Shown piece by piece: positions 36,398 to 49,545 of a DNA stretch of 64,000 nt; position 1 is the stretch's first letter; the number at the start of each line of letters is the position of its first letter. This DNA is from Macrostomum lignano (lineage: Eukaryota). A program made the position numbers and the translations under genes. Below the pieces are notes generated by a model, which had not been told where the DNA came from, did no database searches, and worked only from the letters and a program-made list of their open reading frames with translations. The stretch spans positions 39,158 through 103,157 of the forward strand of contig NIVC01001248.1 in assembly GCA_002269645.1 (NCBI GenBank). Reading direction: 5' to 3'.

Positions 36398-36780
36398 TGT
36401 CCGGGAATGGCGATGGGTGTCCCGTGTCCGGGAATGGCGGTGGGTGTCCGGGAATGGCGGTGGGTGTCCGGGAATGGCGGTGGGTATACGGGAATGGTGG
36501 TGGGTGTCCGGGAATAGCGGTGGGTGTCCGGGAATGGCGGTGGGTGTCCGGGAATGGCGGTGGGTGTCCGGGAATGGCGGTGGGTGTCCGGGAATGGCGG
36601 TGGGTGTCCGGGAATGGCGGTGGGTATCCGGGAATGGTGGTGGGTGTCCGGGAATAGCGGTGGGTGTCCGGGAATAGCGGTGGGTGTCCGGGAATGGCGG
36701 TGGGTGTCCGGGAATGGCGGTGGGTGTCCGGGAATGGCGGTGGGTGTCCGGGAATGGCGGTGGGTGTCCCATGTCCGGAA
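36398..36780. repeat. 20-bp minisatellite CCGGGAATGGCGGTGGGTGT filling the intron
   Basis: Visible tandem units. Confidence 0.95.
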
Positions 36781-36812
36781 TGGCGGATGGCGTCAGTGAC
36801 CAGCTTCCTTAC

Positions 36813-37499
36813 CCTGGCTCATGACGTTGTCCTCCCCGCCCTCAACCTCGCCATCAATATCGTCGTGCACCACGTCGTTGTCCACGTCGGTCATGCCATA
36901 GAAATAGTTGCTTGCCGTTGACAAATAGGCGCTGCGGCTGTGCCGCACCTGCACCTCGGCTAGCGAGCGCGGCAGCTTCGTCTGACTCTGGCGACGCGCG
37001 GCTTTGCTGTCGCCATTCTCGACGCCTTCCTCGTTGTCCATATCAAAATCAGTGTCGCCGTCGCCGCCGAGGAACTCCAACCGATCGCCGCCCTCCTCCC
37101 GAGTTATCAACGTCAGGAGAGTCTCGTAATTATCCTTGGCATTATTGGCGTTGGCGTTGTCCTCGGAGTTGGCGTTGGCACTGATGCGCATCCGGCGCAG
37201 CAGGGTGTCATGACTGCGCACCCGGCAGGCGACGAAGCCGTTACGCAGGCGGCTGTCGGACCGGCTGCACAAGTCGTGGCGCAGGCTGGCGTCCTGGCGC
37301 CACTGGTCAACTTGTCGCGCCAGAGCGGCCCGGCGAGCGTCCTCGGCTGCTTTGCCGCACTCGGCCGGTCGCTGCAACACGGAGGCGGCGCCATCGGTCA
37401 TTCCGGTCGCTGTCGCCGTTGTTGTCTTTGACTTCGCCGCGTAGACAGCCGAGGAGAGCGCCGAGGTCGAGTTGTCTTGAATCTTCTCATACTCGTCCT
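36813..37499 (-). CDS. KASH protein exon 6
   Basis: Polypyrimidine tract CTCTCTCGCAG|AG..G|GTAAG, phase 1 to 1; open frame of ~229 codons ([26 protein letters not shown]). Confidence 0.75.
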
Positions 37500-38307
37500 C
37501 TGCGAGAGAGGAGGAGGGAGGAGCTTCAGCAATAGGTTTGGGGGGGGGGCTACGCCAATGCCTAAGCTTAAATGTGAGCCGGGACGGGGATAGATAGACA
37601 TTTTACTAAAGGGGGAGAAAGGCCTGGGGGCAGGGAGGGGTGGTGGGCGGTGCGATAACGGCAAGCCAACCCCCCGCTGTTTTCAAGGCCCCATCGACTT
37701 CTTCCTTTCCCTCCGCGCGAGAGAGCAGGACGCGGGGGTTGGAATGTACATTGGATGTATATTTTGGCCGCGGGGGAGGGGTTTAAAGCTGAGTTTTATG
37801 AATGTGGCCATCAAAATTACAAGCCCCTCTTGTTTAGCTTTTCTCCACCGCCAACGCCAAGTAGAGCCCTGCGTCAAACACTGTCGCATTTCAAAGAATG
37901 TAAACGCATGCCTCTATGAGCAACCTGACTCTCCCGGCTCCTCGAGTCTCCTCGCATTCTCTTTCATCTTTCATTTTTGCTGTCCATTTTTCTGCGCAAA
38001 GCTCAAAGCTTAACCCACCCCATCTTTTCTTGAATGAAAGCTTAGACAGCAGTGTGTTGCACTCGTGGACGTTGTCGCACGCTCTAATGGGTCCATTTAA
38101 AAGATTTACTTGCCTCGGGGCTCTGTCAGGCAACAGAATCTTGTCTGGAGTTCTGTAAATTTTTATTTTCAGCATTCGTGAAGAAGTCCTCTCTATTTTG
38201 TCCAAGTCTGTCGCAGTTATTCGTGTCTTTTGCAATCTCGAAATCGAAATCACGAGAGTAGAGACTCTCGAGAGCACGACAATTGATAAATTGATTGACG
38301 CAATTTT

Positions 38308-38575
38308 ATTGCCACAACTTGACTACCGAAAATTGACTGTCAGCCAACTGACTGCCAGAAATTTAGGTTAGGGTTAGAGTTAGGGTACTTTAGGGTTTAG
38401 GTCAGGTTTGGAGTTGGGTTTAAATCAGGTTAGAATTGGGTTTAGTTTAGAGTTAGAGTTGGGTTTAGGTTAGAAGTTAGAGTTGGGTTGAAAAGTTAAG
38501 TTTACATGTAAGTTAGGGTTTATGAGTTAAGGTAGTTTAGAATGAATTTAGATTCGGCAGTCAATTCGTGGCAGT
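38308..38575. repeat. Degenerate telomere-like (TTAGGG) tract flanked by 23-bp inverted repeats; small MITE/HINE-like element
   Basis: TTAGGTTAGGGTTAGAGTTAGGG... at 38365-38545. The arm at 38308-38330 matches the reverse complement of 38553-38575 at 19/23 positions. Confidence 0.6.
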
Positions 38576-38748
38576 CTAATTTTTGTTAACCCACAGATAA
38601 GACTTGCTAATAATTGAAGACTAACTAATAACTTGCTAATATAAGAGGCTAAATAATCTTGTTAAGCGTAGGAAACGCTTATTTCACTACTCATTGCAAT
38701 GTAAGTAGCCACTATGATGTTTCTAAAGTTAAATATAAGAGAACAAAC

Positions 38749-38977
38749 CAGAGAATGGCAAAATATCGCAGGAGCTGAGCGAATCGCCGCAGGCTGACTC
38801 TCGGCTGCTGCCATTGCCGCCGAAGCCGCCGCCAACGCCGACGTTGGCGTCAACGGCGTCGCCAGCGCAAGAGTGGCCGGCGGAGTTTGACGCAATGTTT
38901 GACGGGCTGCGCTCGGAAGCGAAACCGCTCTCCGGGCCCGCCCAGCCCGGTGGGAATACGGAGTTCAGATGGTCCAC
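38749..38977 (-). CDS. KASH protein exon 5
   Basis: ACGCAG|GTG..G|GTTTGT (weak donor), phase 0 to 1; VDHLNSVFPPGWAGPESGFASERSPS..SRESACGDSLSSCD. The phases fit both neighbouring exons. Confidence 0.6.
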
Positions 38978-39124
38978 CTGCGTTATGGTGGGATTGGGAA
39001 GGGGCCAGTTGAAGAAATTAGGTGCTTCTAGAGTTGGGAGTGTCGGATACTCTTTGTTAAATATGAAATCCATAAATCTATAAATAAAAAAAAAACGGTT
39101 ATCTTCAGATTTTCATTAAAATCT

Positions 39125-39400
39125 ATTTGGGATCTTTGGTATCCCAAAAAATTTAGGGTCTTTAAAATCCCACTAAAGTAAATTGGAATCTTTGGAATCC
39201 CATAAAAGTCACTTTGGGATCTTTAGAATCCCATAGAAGTCCATTTGGGATCTTTGGACTCTCATAAAAATCTATTTGGGATCTTTGGAATCCCATAAAA
39301 TCAATTTGGGATCTTTGGAATCTCATAGAGATTAATTTAGGATATTTAGAATCCATAATTTAGGATATTTAGAATCCATAATTTAGGATATTTAGAATCC
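39125..39400. repeat. Degenerate TTGGGATCTTTGGAATCCCATA repeat
   Basis: Visible quasi-palindromic units. Confidence 0.75.
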
Positions 39401-39939
39401 AATAGCATCAAAACTGAGGTCGAATAGAACAGTGAATAATTAAAGAACTCACAGAATTGAGTAGAACTCTGATACAGTGATAGCACACTGAAGACATTAA
39501 GATTTTAAATAATATATTTGCGACCAGCTAACGGAGGACCCAGGCAGGCCTTGAGAGTTTTATTAAATATTACCCTATGCCGGAAACCAAGCACACAAGC
39601 AATTAATTACTTAAGCCGTCTTGACTTCAAAAGCTGCGCAATTAGGCTGTGCATGATCTTGAAAATTATGAATCACAGTTTTCTTATTAGAGCAGAAATA
39701 TTTCTCGCATAAAAATTAGCTAACAGGAAGTTCGGTCTTTAAACATTGACCGGTGTGAGACTTAAGAGACTTCTAAACGATTTTGAGCATTCTAGCTTAG
39801 AAACCGAACTATTGAACCGTTAGCAGTGCCTTATGCCCTTTCTAGTGGCTGCGGGTTCTGTACTCTGAACTTTTCATGCACTTTGTCAATTCATCTCATT
39901 GATGTCTCTCTATAAACTCTAATCTATCGCTGTACTTAC

Positions 39940-40345
39940 TCTACTCTACTCTCACCCCAAATCTATCGCTACACTCTACTCTCATCCGGGATCTATCGCT
40001 ACACTCTACTCTCACCCGGGATCTATCGCTACACTCTACTCTCACCCTGAGTCTATCGCTACACTCTACTCTCACCCTGAGTCTATCGCTACACTCTACT
40101 CTCACCCTGAGTCTATCGCTACACTCTACTCTCACCCTGAGTCTATCGCTACACTCTACTCTCACCCTGAGTCTATCGCTACACTCTACTCTCACCCTGA
40201 GTCTATCGCTACACTCTACTCTCACACTGACTCTATCGCTTCAGTTATTCTACTCTCACCCTGAATCTATCGCTTCAGTTACTCTACTCACACCCTGAGT
40301 CTATCGCTTTCCTCTATTCTCACATCGCTTCACTCACTCTCACCC
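39940..40345. repeat. 30-bp minisatellite TCTATCGCTACACTCTACTCTCACCCTGAG
   Basis: Visible; 10-aa period in the ORF track. Confidence 0.92.
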
Positions 40346-41057
40346 TGGATCTCTCCAGTTCAACCACTCAACTCCCCTTTTTGATCTCCTTAATCCTTTG
40401 TTCGCCTCCTTCATTTCCTTCACATGCAGCCCACACTGCACTACTTTACTATTTTCGATTACCCTTCCACACATCCAACTCTCTCCACTCTTCACAAGCT
40501 CAAAGAAGCGACTCAATTCGATCAACTTCGAACTTACAAAAGAAGCCATGTCGCAAAAAGCAGCAACCTCGGGGCCTCGAAATCTCCAACTTCAATAGCC
40601 ATGGTTGCAAGTGCATCTCGCGTGCATGTTGTTAAGACTATATTTATATTATCAGAACTCAAATGTTTCTTTTGCAAGAAGAAATTGTTGCAGACGAACA
40701 AAAGACTAAAACCAAGAATAGTTTGGAAGGTTTGCGCTTAAAATAATAACGGTTATATACCTACCAGGCCCGGCAAGAGAAACCTTTGCTTTCACTGCAC
40801 CTTCATTTTCTCTCCTTCAGTCGCACATTTGGCTGAGAGCTTTAAAATGGCCCGCCTGGCTAGGCCGGGCCCAGAGACTGGGAACCTTGCCTTTGCCAGT
40901 TTGTTATTTGCCGAGTGTACCTTGGTCTTCCATATTTCTGCTCTATACAGTACTGTGTACTCTATAGTGTACACTGTAATGAGTACATGTACATGTGTAT
41001 AAGCGTAAATGACAAAACTCCAAGCCTAAGGCCACTAGAGGGGGTAGCATTGATTCC

Positions 41058-41625
41058 CAGCAGAGAAGAGATTTCTAGGAGCGATTCTCAGCAGAGAAGA
41101 GATTTCTAGGAGCGATCCTCAGCAGAGAAGAGATTTCTAGGAGCGATCCTCAGCAGAGAAGAGATTTCTAGGAGCGATCCTCAGCAGAGAAGAGATTTCT
41201 AGGAGCGATTCTCAGCAGAGAAGAGATTTCTAGGAGCGATTCTCAGCAGAGAAGAGATTTCTAGGAGCGATCCTCAGCAGAGAAGAGATTTCTAGGAGCG
41301 ATTCTCAGCAGAGAAGAGATTTCTAGGAGCGATTCTCAGCAGAGAAGAGATTTCTAGGAGCGATTCTCAGCAGAGAAGAGATTTCTAGGAGCGATTCTCA
41401 GCAGAGAAGAGATTTCTAGGAGCGATTCTCTGCAGAAATTTCGAAATGGAACTCTCAGCAGAGATTCTTAAAGGTGATTTTCAGCAGAGATTCTTAAAGG
41501 TGATTTTTCAGCAGAGATTCTTAAAGGTGATTCTCAGCAGAGATTCTTAAAGGTGATTCTCAGCAGAGATTCTTAAAGGTGATTCTCAGCAGAGATTCTT
41601 AAAGGTGATTCTCAGCAGAGATTTT
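41058..41625. repeat. Two related arrays: 31-bp AGCAGAGAAGAGATTTCTAGGAGCGATTCTC followed by 26-bp GATTCTCAGCAGAGATTCTTAAAGGT
   Basis: Visible; both share GATTCTCAGCAGAGA. Confidence 0.92.
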
Positions 41626-41658
41626 AAGAGACGATTCTCTCCCCCGAAGACCACTCAC

Positions 41659-41819
41659 CGAGACAAGCAGCAAACGCGACCTGGACCTGCGCCTGGAGGC
41701 CAGGAACTCGGAATCCAGCGAGTACTTGAGCTCCAGCAACTGAAGCCAGAGCTCGTAAAGGTGCGACTTGAGCTTCTCTGTCCGTATGATATGTCGCTGA
41801 ACTTGTAGCTCCAAGCTCT
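41659..41819 (-). CDS. KASH protein exon 4 (spectrin-like helix C)
   Basis: CTCACAG|AG..TCG|GTGAGT, phase 1 to 0; (E)SLELQVQRHIIRTEKLKSHLYELWLQLLELKYSLDSEF.. Confidence 0.75.
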
Positions 41820-43429
41820 CTGTGAGCTGGCAGGGGTCAGCGAGCTTGTCTAGTAATCGTCTAGCAGATGAGATTGCCGATAAGTGGATGCGAAACTCGC
41901 CTTCCTGTTGCTGAAATAGTGTAGAATGAGTTGAAGTTGTCTGAGTATAGTGGTAGTGAGTTTCATATTAGTCTGTAATCTTAGACAGTTATATACTGCT
42001 GCACTGTACTTACTTAGATCGGGAAGGAATTGAGAATGCGGAGTTTCCTATACAATCTTTTACAAAAACCCGCGATCTCCTTATAACCCGATCCCCGAGC
42101 CAACCCTCAGGAGATCCCACAGTGCCTTTCAACTACTAAAATCTTATTCGTACTCTCCGCTCTCTCGCATTGGTCAAAAACAGGACTGTGCAATGCTGTT
42201 CCCACACCCCCGGCTCTTGTTGCTTTCCTAACCTCTTAGCTGAGGATTTTAGGCTGTTAGGTACAGTATAGTCAGTACAAAACTGCTAGTTTCTACGGCA
42301 ACTATGAGCTATGAATGTAACTGTGCTCAGCTCTGATGCAAAGCAAATGGATAGCGCAGAGACAGGGAAGAGACTGATGCCTGACTTTCGTTCAAGAATG
42401 CTTCCAAGTCTATGCGGGAAAATGGGACAGAGCCAGGGATTGGGAAGAACGCGAATAAAAGGGAGAGTACATTATAAGCATTCTAATTGGTCGGTCGCTT
42501 CTGATGCAAAAATAGGGATCGGCAACTCGGATTGACGGATTGAGGTTGACGGATTGAGGTTGACGGATTTTGTACAGTGTGTAATTAATTATCTTTTCTC
42601 CATCCAGGCATGTACTATAAAGAGCTGCAGCTTAAAATATGAAAATTTGTACACGTACAATCACATTCCAAAGGGTTTCAGGGCTGGCATTGGATGGGTG
42701 GGGGGAGGGGAATCTCAGCTGGAGCTGGGGCAAGGCCGGGCGGTCGTAAACCCCCCTCCCCTGTCCTTAGCAAGCTTGTACACTGGTGGATTATCGATCG
42801 GTCAAGCCCAACCCTATCCCCGCGCGGGCCACTCAACAACCCCCCCACCCTAACAGTGAGGGTTAGGAATTGCCAGCTAGACTAACTAATGGATCGTCCC
42901 GCGCTTGTTTTTTTAAAAAGGAATTCTTGGCTTGCGTACAATCGGAGGGGTTGGCGTCGGGCGAGAACGTGTTTTTGCCTTATGAGACCCTTTCCGCTCT
43001 CTTGTCCACCCCTCCCCAATACGCTCATTCCCCCTGTGCTCCTTGCTCCTGCTAAAACTCTGCTTTCAAGCAAAGCTACTATTCTTCTGCAGAGAGAAAA
43101 TATTTTAGCGTCGAACGCCCCCGCCCAAGAAATTCGGTGTTCCATTTTCATTCCAAGCTCCAACCCAGTTTTTTCACGCTCAAGCGAACAAGCACAATCA
43201 TTATAACTGCATTATACTCAACCCTTAGTCTTGCTAAGAGAGAAAAATCAAGAAACTGCGTCAATAACGAGTTCAGACCGGTCGGTAGCTTAGCAACGTG
43301 ATCAAAAAATCAATCCCGAGCCGCCGAGGAGTCAAATTTCTGATTATGCATAAATTGCATATTTGATTCGAAGGAAATACAAAAAAGTTGAATTACAAAA
43401 CTATTCTCCTATTCAAAACTAACTAAACA

Positions 43430-44089
43430 ATGCCAGAAGCAATGAAGCAGAGCGGAGTAGCCACACAGGACGATATCATTCGTCAGGCTGAAGCCACCAA
43501 GAAGACCCTGGCAACACTGCGCAGCGACCAGGAGAAATACTACCAGACTCTGATGGCGTCGCCTCGCAGCGGAGAGGAGGGCGCCGTGGTCGAGGCGCAG
43601 CTGCCCTACCTCGAGCAGGCTCTGGAGCGCATAGAGAAGGGCCTAGACGAAGCCGAGATGATCACGGCCCTGTCGCAGTACATGCAGTACAACGAGTCCG
43701 AGGTGAATAAGCTACGCAGTCAGGTCCGCCGACTCGTCCAGGAGAACGTGTGGCTCCGTGATGAGCTGGCCAGCACACAGCAGAAGCTGGTGAAGAGCGA
43801 GGAGCAGAATGCCCAGCTAGAAGAGGAGAAAGCCCAGCTGCAGTTTATGCAAGAGATGCAGAAATTCGATGCGGAAGCGGAGGCTGCAACAGCGGGCGAT
43901 GAGGCGGCTAGTAAAGAGCAGCAGCAGCAACAGCAGCCGGGCCAGCAGCCGGAGGATCCCATGACCATGAGCACAATGAGTCACGCGTCCTCTATGCAGA
44001 ATGTGGCCTCTGGCGGATACGAGATCCCGGCTAGGCTGAGGACCCTGCACAACCTGGTGATCCAGTATGCTGGGCAGGGCCGCTACGAG
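43430..44089 (+). CDS. KLC: Kinesin light chain, exon 1 (heptad repeats, linker, start of TPR1)
   Basis: ..ESEVNKLRSQVRRLVQENVWLRDELASTQQKL..QLEEEKAQLQFM..GGYEIPARLRTLHNLVIQYAGQGRYE|gtgagg; these are diagnostic KLC motifs. Confidence 0.96.
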
Positions 44090-44194
44090 GTGAGGCTTTT
44101 TACCTTAATGAATCTGTTCATTCGTGAAGACCCTCAATGAAGCTGTGTCCAATCATTCTCCAGATCCCCTGTGTACTGCTCTAAAATCCTGATG

Positions 44195-44920
44195 TTAAAT
44201 CCCAAAATCAGAATTCCGGAAATCCCTATTCCAGATCTCAGTATCCCGAATCTCACCAATTAAAGTTCCCAATGACAAAATCCCGAATTCCGAATCCCAC
44301 AATCCCACAATCCCAATCCCACAATTCCACAATCCCGAATCCTGAATCCCAAAATGCATCAATCCCGAATCCCAAAATGCATCAATCCCGAATTCCATAA
44401 TGCAACAATCCCGAATCCCATAATGCAACAATCCCGAATCCCATAATGCAACAATCCCGAATCCCATAATGCAACAATCCCGAATCCCATAATGCAACAA
44501 TCCCGAATCCCATAATGCAACAATCCCGAATCCCATAATGGAACAATCCCGAATCCCATAATGCAACAATCCCGAATCCCGAATCCCATAATGCAACAAT
44601 CCCGAATCCCATAATGCAACAATCCCGAATCCCATAATGCAACAATCCCGAATCCCATAATGCAACAATCCCGAATCACAGTGCAACAATCCCGAATCAC
44701 AATGCAACAATCCCGAATCCCATAATTCAACAATCCCGAATCACAATGCAACAATCCCGAATCCCATAATGCAACAATCCCGAATCCCACAATGCAACAA
44801 TCCCGAATCCCACAATGGAACAATCCCGAATCCCATAATGCAACAATCCCGAATTCCGTAATCTCGCAATCCAACTCCCGAATCCCATAATTCCACAATC
44901 CTGACCTCAAGTCCCAGAAC
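44195..44920. repeat. 23-bp minisatellite ATCCCATAATGCAACAATCCCGA in KLC intron 1
   Basis: Visible tandem units. Confidence 0.92.
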
Positions 44921-45203
44921 TCTAATCCCAAAATGTAAAACATCTTATCTCCCATCTTTCTGACTGATGAAATTAACATAAATAATGCACGCTCTGTACT
45001 ACTGACCTCATATTTCTAAGTTCTTTATTACTCTTTCTCTCTCTTTCGATTCACTCCGTCGTTATTAGAAGCCTCTATGAGCATCACCTAGTTAATTGAT
45101 TTATGGTTTCCATTAGGCTGGCTTAGAATTTCTTTTAATTATAAATCACCAACTAATAAGGTGACGAGGCTGCAGAATTCTGTTTTATTGTCTACTCCGC
45201 TAA

Positions 45204-45500
<297 letters not shown>

Positions 45501-45537
45501 TAGAGAGAGAATCTGGACACAATATATGGCATCTAAT

Positions 45538-46080
45538 TTGATCCCAAATCCCAGTGATCCCGAACTCCCAATGATCCCAAAGTTTAGTGATCCCCAAATC
45601 CCTGTGATCCCCAAATCCCTGTGATCCCCAAATCCCAGTGATCCCCAAATCCCAGTGATCCCCAAATTCCAGTGATCCTCAGTCCCAGTGATTCCCAAAT
45701 CCCAATGATCCTTAATCCCAGTGATTCCCAAATCCCAATGATCCCAAAGTTTAGTGATTTCCAAATCCCAATGATCCTCAATTCCAGTGATCCCCAAATC
45801 CCAATGATCCTCAATCTCAGTAATCCCCAAATCCCAATGATCCTTAATCCCAGTGATTCCCAAATCCCAATGATCATCAATCTTAGTGATTTCCAAATCC
45901 CAATGATCCTCAATTCCAGTGATCCCCAAATCCCAATGATCCTCAATCTCAGTAATCCCCAAATCACAATGGTCCCCAGTCCCAATGATCCCAAATCCCG
46001 ATACTCTCCAATCCCAGTGATCCCCAATCCTATTGATCCTCCAATATCACAGTGATCCCTAACATTCCCATGATCCCCAT
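45538..46080. repeat. Degenerate (ATCCCA(A/G)TGATC..)n array in KLC intron 2
   Basis: Visible AATCCC/GATCCC-rich units. Confidence 0.85.
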
Positions 46081-46121
46081 CTCAGCTACCATTCCCAGCG
46101 GCAATTGAATCGCAACTATAG

Positions 46122-46703
<582 letters not shown>

Positions 46704-46839
46704 TTAGATAGTATAATTAAGAGAAAATGCTCTTCTGATTGCTTCTAGTAATGTTAGAAATTATTGAGTAAGATATCTTTCTATCTTTGAATTCTGGTTG
46801 CAAAGTGGTTTCACCCCAACTTTATGCAATTTCCTCCTG

Positions 46840-47080
46840 TTCCATTCTGATTGGCTCCTACTGGCACCCATCTTACTCCGCGTTCTCTTTACTAACTACA
46901 AACCTCTGCCCCAGTTCCATTCTGATTGGCTCCTACTGACACCCACCTCACGCCACGATCTCTGTACTTGCTACAAACCTCTGCCCCAGCTTCGTTTTGA
47001 TTGGCTCCCACTGACACCCACCTCACGCCGCGCTCTCTACTAATTAAAACCTCTGCCACAGCTTTATTATGATTGGCTAC
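46840..47080. repeat. Four ~75-bp diverged units, each carrying a reverse CCAAT box (TGATTGGCT)
   Basis: ATTGG starts at 46850, 46925, 47000 and 47072; flanks CACCCA(T/C)CT and AAACCTCTGCC recur in each unit. Confidence 0.8.
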
Positions 47081-48861
47081 CGTTCCAACGTTTGCTATAA
47101 TGAAAGCCACAAAACATTTTTAAATCTTAAATTCGTTGAACAGCTTGTACTCTTGCCGATGTTCCCTCGGAAATCTTACTGTTTTAGAGTCGCTTATTAA
47201 CTGACAAATATCGCGCATCTCAAAAGTTAAAGCTTGAATCCAATTTTTAGTTTATTTCGAAACTTTTTTTCCGGAACATTCCTTTAGCCAGCTTGAAAAT
47301 GAACTAGCTCTTTGTTGTGTCATTTCTGTTAGAAATTCTTATTAAAATTATGTTATGCTTAATGGATCTCGGATTTACGAGTATTGGCCGTAAAGAAAAT
47401 GGTGTTTGGCTGTTTTAGCAAAAGTCATCGCTGTTTTTACCTGGCTGCATTGGTTCAACTGTTTTATTATTTAAGAATCAATGTCAGCTATGAATTCTAA
47501 ACTTAATAGGTGTTTTTTTCTATTTCACAACTCACGAAATCACGTTTTCTTAGTCTTCGTCTCATTGCTAGCACTCGAACAGCTGAATTTAATTTTTTAC
47601 TTGCAGCTTGCACGTTTATAAAAGTACACTTCACCTATTTTTTATTCGTACGAATGCACTTCTGTCTTGTGCAATCAGTTGATTTTTTGTGTGGACCGGT
47701 TTGGCATAATAAAAAAACGATCGGTAACTAACTTGTAGTCGGCCCGCAGTGGGTATTTTGCGGATTTTCCATGGTTTTCCCTCGGTTTTTCCCCAGTTAT
47801 CGGTGTATCTGTCTAAATAATAATGCAATATTCTTAATGAAACGTCGTCTTCATCCATCATTTTTTTCCATTGGTGTTTGGAAATTGTGACTGGTTCATA
47901 AATTTAATACACGCTACTTGCTACTCAATCAGACTGCTCGACAGTAGTAGGTATCGTATATATACGTATATTTTTATTTTTATGCTTAATAATGCATCGC
48001 GCCCGAGCCTGCGTGTTCGACTGACAATCGCGTATTAATTTAATTTATTATAACCATAATTATCTCGTCTGTTTATTGCCTAGCTTTATACTGTACAGTA
48101 TAAGCCTTAAATTGTGTTGTTAAATCAAACTGCTAATGACTGTTCAAGATTCACATTCCAGCTTCTGTCTGTGCTCCAGCTATGTCCAATTTATGAAAAC
48201 TCGAAAGCAATTTTGGCTGTTAAAATAACACTGAGACAGTTATTAATTTGTGCACCCAACATGATGCTTACAATTTTTTGAATTGGTTTCAATTTTAATA
48301 ACTTTTACATTTGTTGCACTGCTTAATTGTGCGTGGTGTTAAACTGTATCTTAGACTGCATACGAGTTATATATAGAATATTATATATAAATATAAGCAT
48401 TACGGAATATTAAGTTGTCTCAATGTCCTTATTGCAGCTTACGCCGTCATACTTTACGTCATAATTTAGTGTTGTTTTTAGCCAAGCACTCGAGGTTAAC
48501 AAAAAAATATGCGTTAAATAAGTAAAACAAGCAATTGAACTACTCACTTGAAGTAGTATGACGCAGTGAGACCTTTCCGCACCGGTCATGGCTGGAAAAT
48601 TGATCGACCTTATGCTAAACGGTGCAGCCAGGCGATTGCTTGTGTCTGAAAGTTTTTTTACCAGCACAAATTCAAATCTGTCAATTAAAATTGCTGTAAG
48701 AATCACAAAGCTGTTTATTATTAGAGCGGAAAAGTACACCATGGCACTTACCTGTGATGCTGGCTAACCAGGATTCAACGCGATGCAGGTCCGAGCAAAT
48801 ATCTGATGATGGCGGGAGATTAATATAATATAGTTTTATAGTCTTCTACAATCATTTGGAT

Positions 48862-49545
48862 TCTAGCGTGAGAGGCGCTGTGGTAGCGTGAGAGGCACTG
48901 TGGTAGCGTGAGAGGCACTGTGGTAGCGGGAGAGGCTCTGTGGTAGCGGGAGAGGCACTGTGGTAGCGGGAGAGGCACTGTGGTAGCGTGAGAGGCGCTG
49001 TGGTAGCGGGAGAGGCACTGTGGTAGCGGGAGAGGCACTGTGGTAGCGGGAGAGGAACTGTGGTAGCGGGAGAGGCACTGTGGTAGCGGGAGAGGCACTG
49101 TGGTAGCGTGAGAGGCACTGTGGTAGCGGGAGAGGCACTGTGGTAGCGTGAGAGGCACTGTGGTAGCGGGATCAAGAGACATTGTAGTAGAGGGAGAGGC
49201 ACTGTGGTAGCGGGATCAAGAGACATTGTAGTAGAGGGAGAGGCACTGTGGTAGCGGGATCAAGAGACATTGTAGTAGCGGGAGAGGCACTGTGGTAGCG
49301 GGATCAAGAGACATTGTAGTAGCGGGAGAGGCACTGTGGTAGCGGGATCAAGAGACATTGTAGTAGAGGGAGAGGCACTGTGGTAGCGGGATCAAGAGAC
49401 ATTGTAGTAGCGGGAGAGGCACTGTGGTAGCGGGATCAAGAGACATTGTAGTAGAGGGAGAGGCACTGTGGTAGCGGGATCAAGAGACATTGTAGTAGCG
49501 GGAGAGGCACTGTGGTAGCGAGATCAAGAGACATTGTAGTAGCGG
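48862..49545. repeat. 20-bp array GTGGTAGCGGGAGAGGCACT changing into a 44-bp higher-order unit
   Basis: 20-mer until ~49165, then 44-mer GTGGTAGCGGGATCAAGAGACATTGTAGTAGAGGGAGAGGCACT. Confidence 0.92.

Noticed and set aside
38770-38960. Alternative plus-strand exon reading (ELSESPQADSRLLPLPP..)
   Set aside because: No plus-strand partner exons; the minus-strand frame fits the KASH gene phases on both sides.
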